Assembly: GCA_002291985.1 (NCBI GenBank)
Contig: DBBB01000119.1
Span: 1 to 51,915 of the forward strand
Length of the DNA stretch: 51,915 bases
Direction of reading: 5' to 3'
From: Firmicutes bacterium UBA995
GTDB taxonomy: Bacteria > Bacillota > Sulfobacillia > UBA995
In this document: positions 46,294-51,915 of the stretch, in pieces
Position numbering within the stretch: position 1 is the stretch's first letter
Layout of the letters: each line of letters begins with the position of its first letter
Translations under genes and position numbers: made by a program
The notes under the pieces: generated by a model
Databases searched by the model: none
Told to the model about the DNA's origin: nothing
The model's input: the letters and a program-made list of their open reading frames with translations, nothing else

Positions 46294-46368
46294 GCGGGAG
46301 TAGTTTAGTGGTAGAACGTTGGCTTCCCAAGCCGAAGGCCGCGGGTTCGAATCCCGTCTCCCGCTCCA
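46294..46368 (+). tRNA. tRNA-Gly (anticodon CCC)
   Basis: Acceptor GCGGGAG/CTCCCGC, D-arm TAGTTTAGTGGTA, anticodon loop UU-CCC-AA, T-loop GGTTCGAATCC, encoded CCA. Confidence 0.9.
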
Positions 46369-46391
46369 GTGTTTCATCGGTGGTGGCTCTG

Positions 46392-46466
46392 GCTGGCGTA
46401 GCTCAGAGGTAGAGCAGGGTCCTCGTAAGACTCAGGCCGCGGGTTCAATTCCCGCCGCCAGCTCCA
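46392..46466 (+). tRNA. tRNA-Thr (anticodon CGU)
   Basis: Acceptor GCTGGCG/CGCCAGC, D-arm TAGCTCAGAGGTA, anticodon loop CU-CGU-AA, T-loop GGTTCAATTCC, encoded CCA. Confidence 0.9.
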
Positions 46467-46472
46467 CACCAT

Positions 46473-46500
46473 CCGGCCGGGCACGGCCGGTTCGCGTTCT
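46473..46500 (+). terminator. hairpin plus T-rich tail after the tRNA pair
   Basis: CCGGCCG (46473-46479) pairs with CGGCCGG (46484-46490) across loop GGCA. Tail TTCGCGTTCTT. Confidence 0.5.
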
Positions 46501-46643
46501 TCAGGCACGATGTGCGCACCCCCGCGGGAAATGACGTCTTCCGCCGGATGTTCTCGGAGCAGACTAGCAGGATAACGACCGGGCAAGGGGGAATCCATCC
46601 CCTCGTTTCTTATGCCGCAGCCAGATGAGGGGGTGCATCCCAG

Positions 46644-48050
46644 ATGTTGCCAGGTCAACCCTTGGCGACTCCCTCTCGCCGGCGGCGGCTCCTCGGGGGG
46701 CTGGCAGTCGCAGCCTGTTTGTTGCTCGTCGCCGCCATACTGTACTATCGGGCCTCGGCGCCAGCTTATGCCATCGTGTATCACGATCGGACCCTGGGCG
46801 TGATGCTCGACAAGAGCGCTGCGACCGGCTTGATCGAAACCTTCCTCGCTGAAGTGGCCGCTGAACGCCGCCGATCGCTGACCCCCGCCGAGACCTTGGA
46901 GATAATCCGCGTTCGGCGGCGCGCTGCCGTCGAGCCCGCGGAGCCGGCTGCCATCATGGCCGCCTTGCGCGACCAGGTAGACTTCCTGACGACGGCCTGG
47001 GCGGTGACGGTCGACGGGACGCCGATGGTCATCATGTCGACCCGGGAGGATGCCGAACAGGTCGTGTCGAGCATCCTCGCTGCGGCTCGCGAGCGATCAG
47101 AAGCGCGCCAGGGAACGGAAGTGATCGCGGTCCGATTCCGGGAACAGGTGGGCGTCCTCAAGACGCCCACGACGCTGGAGGGATTCTACGGAATCGACGA
47201 AGCGACGCGCGTCCTCTTGCGAGGCACCGACCGAATGGAGACCTACACCATCCGGCGCAATGACTCACTGTGGAGCGTGGCCACCAAACACCGCATGTCC
47301 GTGGCCGATCTACGGCGAGCGAACCCGCAGATCAAGGACCCGACCCTGATTCGACCGGGCGACCAGCTCAACCTGGTGGTCCCCGATCCCCACCTCACGG
47401 TGGAGGTCGAGGAAGTGCACCGTTTCTTCCGGCAAATCCCCTTCGCGCGCGAAACGATCCTGGATCCGGAGCGCTGGCCGCACGAGACTATTGTGCGGGA
47501 ACGCGGGGTACCCGGCCGTGAGCAGGTGACCGTCGCCATCGTCCGGGTGAACGACGAGGAGCAGTCCCGGAAGGTGCTCGACGTGGCGCCGCTGTCCGCA
47601 CCGGTCACCCAGGTCACGGTGAGGGGCAGCCGTCGCTACCCGCAACTCGGCACGGGGAACTTCGTCTGGCCGGTGGGCGGTGATGGCGGCAGACTGACCT
47701 CCCCCTTCGGTCGCCGTTGGGGCGGGTTCCACCTGGGGATGGACATTGCCGCCCCCTACGGTACGCCGGTGCTGGCCGCAGACAGCGGGACGGTGATCGA
47801 TGCCTCCTTCCGGGGACGCCGCGGCTACGGGTGGACGGTCATGATCGATCACGGCGGGGGCACGGTCGTCACCCTGTACGCCCACCTCACGAGTCCGATC
47901 CCCGTCCGCGTCGGCCAGGTCGTGGAGAAAGGGCAGATCGTAGGCTATATCGGGTTGAGCGGGCTCACCACCGGGCCTCATCTCCATTTCGAGGTGCGAA
48001 TCGACGGGCGGCCGGTCGACCCCATAGCCTATTACCCCCCGGTCCGGTAG
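46644..48050 (+). CDS. LysM-, G5- and M23-domain peptidoglycan hydrolase with N-terminal membrane anchor
   Basis: LysM: YTIRRNDSLWSVATKHRMSVADLRRANP. G5-like: IPFARETILDP...GVPGREQVTVAIVRVNDEE. M23 ligands: HLGMD and GPHLHFEV. Confidence 0.8.
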   Translation: MLPGQPLATPSRRRRLLGGLAVAACLLLVAAILYYRASAPAYAIVYHDRTLGVMLDKSAATGLIETFLAEVAAERRRSLTPAETLEIIRVRRRAAVEPAEPAAIMAALRDQVDFLTTAWAVTVDGTPMVIMSTREDAEQVVSSILAAARERSEARQGTEVIAVRFREQVGVLKTPTTLEGFYGIDEATRVLLRGTDRMETYTIRRNDSLWSVATKHRMSVADLRRANPQIKDPTLIRPGDQLNLVVPDPHLTVEVEEVHRFFRQIPFARETILDPERWPHETIVRERGVPGREQVTVAIVRVNDEEQSRKVLDVAPLSAPVTQVTVRGSRRYPQLGTGNFVWPVGGDGGRLTSPFGRRWGGFHLGMDIAAPYGTPVLAADSGTVIDASFRGRRGYGWTVMIDHGGGTVVTLYAHLTSPIPVRVGQVVEKGQIVGYIGLSGLTTGPHLHFEVRIDGRPVDPIAYYPPVR

Positions 48051-48148
48051 TAGCAGCAGGTAGATTCCTAAATATGCGAGATGCCCCGGCAGGAAAACCT
48101 CGTGTCTTCTGCGAAGTGTTCGCGCTGCCGATCGGCGCACGAGGTGGA

Positions 48149-49423
48149 ATGCTGGTGGCGAAGTTGATCATCCAGGGCGGGACGCCCTTGCGGGGATTGG
48201 TGCGGGCAGGCGGCCGCAAGAACTCCGCGGTGGCAGTCTTGCCGGCGGCGCTGTTGTGCGACTCTCCGAGCGTGCTTGAGAGTCTTCCCGCCATAGACGA
48301 TGTGGCCGTCTATGGCGATATACTTCAGCACTTGGGCTGCAAGGTTTCTGCCTCTTCGGTGGCGCCCGGCTGCAACGGGGCGGTCACGATCGACCCGGGC
48401 GGCCTGCAGCCGGCGGAAATCCCCTATGAACTCACCAAACGACTGCGTGCGTCCTATTATCTGCTGGGCGTGATGTTGGCCCGACATGGCGCGGCGCAAG
48501 TTCCATTGCCCGGCGGCTGCGACATCGGACTGCGACCTATTGACCAGCACCTCAAGGGCTTGCGGGCACTGGGCGCTGAGGTCAACATAGAGCACGGCGT
48601 GGTCAACGCCAGGGCGGCATGCCTTACGGGAACGAGCATCTACCTGGATGTCGTGAGCGTCGGCGCCACGATTAACATCATGCTGGCGGCCACGCTGGCT
48701 CAGGGCACCACGGTGATCGAGAATGCTGCGCGGGAACCGCACATAGTGGACCTGGCGAATTACCTCAACGCGGCGGGCGCCCGGGTGCAGGGCGCGGGGA
48801 CGGATGTGATTCGTATCCGCGGCGTCAACCGCTTGAACGGCTGTGTTCACGCGATAATCCCCGACGAAATAGAGGCTGCCACCTACATGATTGCCGCGGC
48901 GAGTACCGGGGGCGATGTGCAGGTAAACAACGTCATCCCCAAACACCTTGATCCGGTGATTGCCAAGCTCCAGGAAGCGGGAGCGGAAGTCACGGAGGAG
49001 GGCGACAGACTGAGAGTACGCATGAGCGGTCGCCCGCGCGCGGTCAACGTTAAAACGCTGCCCTATCCGGGATTCCCAACCGATGCGCAGCAACCCATGA
49101 CCGTGCTTCTCAGCTTGGCCGAGGGCACCAGCATCGTTACCGAGAGCATCTGGGAGAGCCGCTTCAAGCACGTGGACGAACTCAAGCGGATGGGCACTAA
49201 CATCAGGGTCGAAGGCCATACCGCCATCATCGAGGGCGTGGACCGCCTGACCGGCGCCCCCGTTACCGCATCCGACCTCCGGGCCGGCGCGGCCCTGATG
49301 GTAGCTGCCCTGGCGGCGCACGGGGAGACGGTAATTTCGGGCATAGAACTGGTGGACCGCGGTTACGAAAGCGTGACCAGCAAGCTGAAAGGCATGGGCG
49401 CCAACGTCCGCCGAGAACAGTGA
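48149..49423 (+). CDS. murA: UDP-N-acetylglucosamine 1-carboxyvinyltransferase
   Basis: ATG 48149 follows GAGGTGGA. KLIIQGGTPLRG, GGRKNSAVAVLPAALL, and the active-site Cys in GGCDIGLRPID. Confidence 0.9.
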   Translation: MLVAKLIIQGGTPLRGLVRAGGRKNSAVAVLPAALLCDSPSVLESLPAIDDVAVYGDILQHLGCKVSASSVAPGCNGAVTIDPGGLQPAEIPYELTKRLRASYYLLGVMLARHGAAQVPLPGGCDIGLRPIDQHLKGLRALGAEVNIEHGVVNARAACLTGTSIYLDVVSVGATINIMLAATLAQGTTVIENAAREPHIVDLANYLNAAGARVQGAGTDVIRIRGVNRLNGCVHAIIPDEIEAATYMIAAASTGGDVQVNNVIPKHLDPVIAKLQEAGAEVTEEGDRLRVRMSGRPRAVNVKTLPYPGFPTDAQQPMTVLLSLAEGTSIVTESIWESRFKHVDELKRMGTNIRVEGHTAIIEGVDRLTGAPVTASDLRAGAALMVAALAAHGETVISGIELVDRGYESVTSKLKGMGANVRREQ

Positions 49424-49447
49424 CCTGAAGATCTCGCGAGAGGAACG

Positions 49448-50605
49448 GTGAGGGCGATTATGGATTACTTCGCATACTCGTCGCGACCTCGCCGCGGTCT
49501 GTGGGGCTATCTGCTGTGCGCGGTCGCCGGGGGGCTGGTGGGCATGCTGTTGGCCGTCCACCTTTTCCCGGGCCTGCTTGCTGCGCGCATTCAGCCTCAC
49601 TTGCCACCAGCCCTGCCGACATTCCCGGGGATTACCGTCCCGCCACCCATCGCGACGGGGGAAGCTCCGGTGGCCCGGGCGGCTGAACGGGTGCTGCCGT
49701 CGGTAGTAGGTGTCGTGACCGTGGCCCGGGTGAGGGCATGGCCCTGGGAAAGCGAGACTGAACAGCGCGCGACGGGGTCAGGGGTAATCATTCGCCCCGA
49801 TGGCTACATCCTCACCAACCAGCATGTTGTGGCCGGACTGCAAGGTGACGCGCGTCTGTCGGTCGTCCTGGAAGACGGGCGGGAGGTTGAGGGCAGCCTG
49901 GTCGGCGCCGACCGGCGTACCGATCTCGCCGTAGTCCGAATATCGGCCACGGACCTGTCCGCGGCGCAACTTGGCGATTCCGATTTCCTTCGGGTAGGGG
50001 AACTGGCCATCGCCATCGGCAACCCCGGCGGTCTCGAGTTCTCGCGTTCGGTGACCGCAGGGGTGATCAGCGGTCTCGACCGGATCATCCGTCACGAGGA
50101 GGCGGTGTTCCGTCTCATCCAGACCGATGCCGCCATAAACCGGGGCAATAGCGGGGGTCCGCTCGTGAACGCCGCCGGCCAAGTCGTGGGGATCAACACG
50201 CTCAAGTTCGGCGGCGCCGGGTTCGAGGGGATGGGTTTCGCCATACCCATCAATCGCGCCCGGGAGATTGCCGAGCACCTCATCGAGCACGGACGAGTGA
50301 TCCGGCCCTGGATGGGCGTCTCCATCGCCGAGGCGAAAGAAGCCAGGCTACGTCATGGCGTCCAGGTGGACAGAGGCATTCTCCTGGTTCGCGTATGGGC
50401 CAACAGCCCGGCAGATCGGGCGGGATTAAGGGACGGCGACATCCTGCTGGCTCTGGATGGACAGCCGATCGACGACTACGTCGACCTGCGGCTGTTCCTT
50501 GACGCGAGGGCAGTGGGCCAACAGATCGAGGTGCGCTACCTCCGGGGCACTGCTGAGCGAACCACCCGTATCACTCTCGAAGAGATGCCGGAGGCGCCGG
50601 GATAG
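49448..50605 (+). CDS. htrA: HtrA/DegP-family serine protease with PDZ domain
   Basis: N-terminal TM. Catalytic triad context: TNQHVV, DLAVVRI, GNSGGPL. The PDZ segment is C-terminal. The start is uncertain (GTG 49448 or ATG 49460). Confidence 0.85.
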   Translation: MRAIMDYFAYSSRPRRGLWGYLLCAVAGGLVGMLLAVHLFPGLLAARIQPHLPPALPTFPGITVPPPIATGEAPVARAAERVLPSVVGVVTVARVRAWPWESETEQRATGSGVIIRPDGYILTNQHVVAGLQGDARLSVVLEDGREVEGSLVGADRRTDLAVVRISATDLSAAQLGDSDFLRVGELAIAIGNPGGLEFSRSVTAGVISGLDRIIRHEEAVFRLIQTDAAINRGNSGGPLVNAAGQVVGINTLKFGGAGFEGMGFAIPINRAREIAEHLIEHGRVIRPWMGVSIAEAKEARLRHGVQVDRGILLVRVWANSPADRAGLRDGDILLALDGQPIDDYVDLRLFLDARAVGQQIEVRYLRGTAERTTRITLEEMPEAPG

Positions 50606-50631
50606 GCGGGGACCGACTTCCCGGCCTCCTG

Positions 50632-51456
50632 GTGGCCGCCCTGGCCACGGTCTGTTTTGCCACCGCAGCCCCGCTGGTCCTCCTGGCGCCGGAATTGACC
50701 TCCGCCCAGGTAGCATTCGGGCGCATGTTGGGTGGAGCGCTGCTGGTGGCGTTGTGGGCGAGCTTTCGCCGTCAACCGCTAACCTGGTGGTCCGGTCGGC
50801 TGATGGTCTATGGGTTGTTCGCCGCCGCCCATTTCCTTCTGTACATTGCCGCGCTGCGGTTGACCAGCATAGCAAACACGCTGGTACTCGTCAACCTGTC
50901 GCCGGTATTCGTGGCCATCCTGTCACGGGTGGTACTGGGGGAGACGCTGCCCCCCTCCCGCTACCCGGGAATCATCCTGGCTCTGGCCGGCGTGGCGCTG
51001 ATGGTCGGATTCGAACCGACACTCTCTGCCCGGAGCTTGCGCGGCGACGCGCTGGCCTTGCTGTCCGGCGTGACCTATGCCGCGTACTCCCTGGCGGGGA
51101 GACGAGAACGACAGCAATATCCCCTCTATGCCTATGCGGCCGGCGTGTATTTCGCGGCGGCCCTGGCCCTGGCGCCCGCCGCCCTGAGTCCTCCGCCCGG
51201 TAGCCGCGAACTGGTCGCTTCCTTCTGGCCCCTCTTCCTGCTGGCCCTGATTCCCACCGCCATCGGCCACACGCTGTATAATGCCGCGCTGCGCCGGGTC
51301 CCGGCTGTGTTGGCCAACCTGGTAGCCACCCAGGAGGTGACCCTCGGCGTCCTGCTCGGAGTGGTTGTTCTCGCCGAGAGGCCCACTCCCGTGGCGATGG
51401 CCGGGGGACTGATATCCCTCATCGGGGTCGCTCTCGTCCTCAAGGGCGGGAGGTGA
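50632..51456 (+). CDS. DMT-superfamily (EamA-like) transporter
   Basis: About 10 hydrophobic helices in two EamA-like halves (e.g. LFAAAHFLLYIAALRLTSIANTLVLVNLSPVF and IPTAIGHTLYNAALRRVPA). Confidence 0.75.
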   Translation: MAALATVCFATAAPLVLLAPELTSAQVAFGRMLGGALLVALWASFRRQPLTWWSGRLMVYGLFAAAHFLLYIAALRLTSIANTLVLVNLSPVFVAILSRVVLGETLPPSRYPGIILALAGVALMVGFEPTLSARSLRGDALALLSGVTYAAYSLAGRRERQQYPLYAYAAGVYFAAALALAPAALSPPPGSRELVASFWPLFLLALIPTAIGHTLYNAALRRVPAVLANLVATQEVTLGVLLGVVVLAERPTPVAMAGGLISLIGVALVLKGGR

Positions 51457-51636
51457 GTGCGGTGACGCGCAAGGTGGCGGCTCAGTCCCCGCCACGAAGA
51501 CCTCCTCGACGCCCTTCGGTCAGGCGACCCCTCCGATCTCACCTGTGATCGCGCACAGCCGCACTCGCACCACCCCCCGAGGGGTGACGAAGTCAGGAAC
51601 GCCTGATGTACAGCTCTCGCCAACAGTTGTCAACCC

Positions 51637-51915
51637 TCAGCGGGCGGAAAGACAAGGGTGGCCGTCGATCACGAAACGCCAGGGCAACTCCCGATGCGGA
51701 CCTGCGTAGCCGATGTTGATGCGAGGCGCCGTCCGGATCCGTGCGTCCGGCACGGATTGCCCGTCATCCGCCAGGTACAGCCGATCGCCTTCCAGGTCGG
51801 TTCCCGACAGGCTTGCGTCGATGCCGAGCGCCTGGCACAGTTTTCCCGGACCGCTTCCCCAGGCGGTCTCAGGAAGGCTCGCGCCGCGCCGCAGGGCCAT
51901 CAGTTCCCGTCCTAG
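51637..51915 (-). CDS. DNA-3-methyladenine glycosylase (MPG/AAG family), C-terminal part; N-terminus lies beyond the window end
   Basis: The frame stays open to the window edge. GPGKLCQALGI, RINIGYAG and PWRFVI.G are typical of the MPG family. Confidence 0.7.
   Translation of the reverse strand, partial: LGRELMALRRGASLPETAWGSGPGKLCQALGIDASLSGTDLEGDRLYLADDGQSVPDARIRTAPRINIGYAGPHRELPWRFVIDGHPCLSAR

Noticed and set aside
46501-46643. A c-di-AMP (ydaO-type) riboswitch upstream of the LysM/M23 hydrolase gene.
   Set aside because: The context is suggestive and a GGGGGAAUCC hairpin is present. However, the conserved CCCGAACCCG and AGCUAACCUCGUAAGC blocks are absent.
48068-49600. A 510-aa minus-strand ORF antisense to murA. 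Similar long antisense ORFs occur at 5898-6986, 10153-11373, 14185-15294, 15462-16397, 25350-26246, 35125-36318, 44942-45919 and 47310-48140.
   Set aside because: Each is the mirror frame of a well-supported plus-strand gene. They lack SD sequences and family motifs and show the R/G/P/A-rich composition typical of GC-rich artefacts.

Overview
This is a GC-rich chromosomal core segment (third codon positions are almost always G/C) with Firmicutes/Clostridia-type gene order.

Gene content, left to right:
- rtcB (partial), then methionine-salvage genes mtnP-mtnA and a DUF72 gene.
- tRNA-Ser(UGA), tRNA-Ser(GCU), tRNA-Arg(ACG), tRNA-Arg(CCU).
- A TPP riboswitch driving thiC (frameshifted)-thiD-thiM-thiE.
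- A small accessory islet: a decayed parDE-like pair plus an intact vapBC.
- A three-gene operon: opine-dehydrogenase-like, panB, unknown.
- tadA, tRNA-Ser(CGA), tRNA-Ser(GGA), a long Bacillus-type SRP RNA, dnaX-ybaB-recR, gltX, and cysE (reverse).
- The classical origin-proximal block rpmH-rnpA-yidD-yidC-jag-rsmG-noc-parA-parB.
- larC (reverse), then DUF4446, M23 peptidase, bactofilin, lipid kinase and PRTase.
- A chain of membrane-protein genes including cvpA and mscS, then DUF951-ychF.
- rpsF-ssb-rpsR, a MazG-like gene, yybS, rplI, lonC, dnaB.
- An MFS transporter and groES-groEL (reverse, with a perfect CIRCE operator).
- A COG2509-type FAD protein, purA, tRNA-Gly(CCC), tRNA-Thr(CGU).
- A LysM-G5-M23 peptidase, murA, htrA, an EamA transporter and a partial 3-methyladenine glycosylase.

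I found no transposase, integrase, reverse transcriptase, CRISPR array or recognisable defence island, and no convincing novel multi-gene system.

The observations most worth following up are:
- the uncharacterised opine-DH-like/PanB/310-aa-orphan operon;
- the origin-type block that lacks dnaA/oriC and mnmEG;
- the 1-nt frameshift in thiC;
- the parB-proximal DUF4446/M23/bactofilin/lipid-kinase/PRTase cluster;
- a near-perfect CACGTG-centred palindrome on the parB stop codon;
- a pair of 16-bp direct repeats in the groES/FAD-gene divergent promoter region.

All functional calls rest on motif recognition by eye in the supplied translations. No database search was run.
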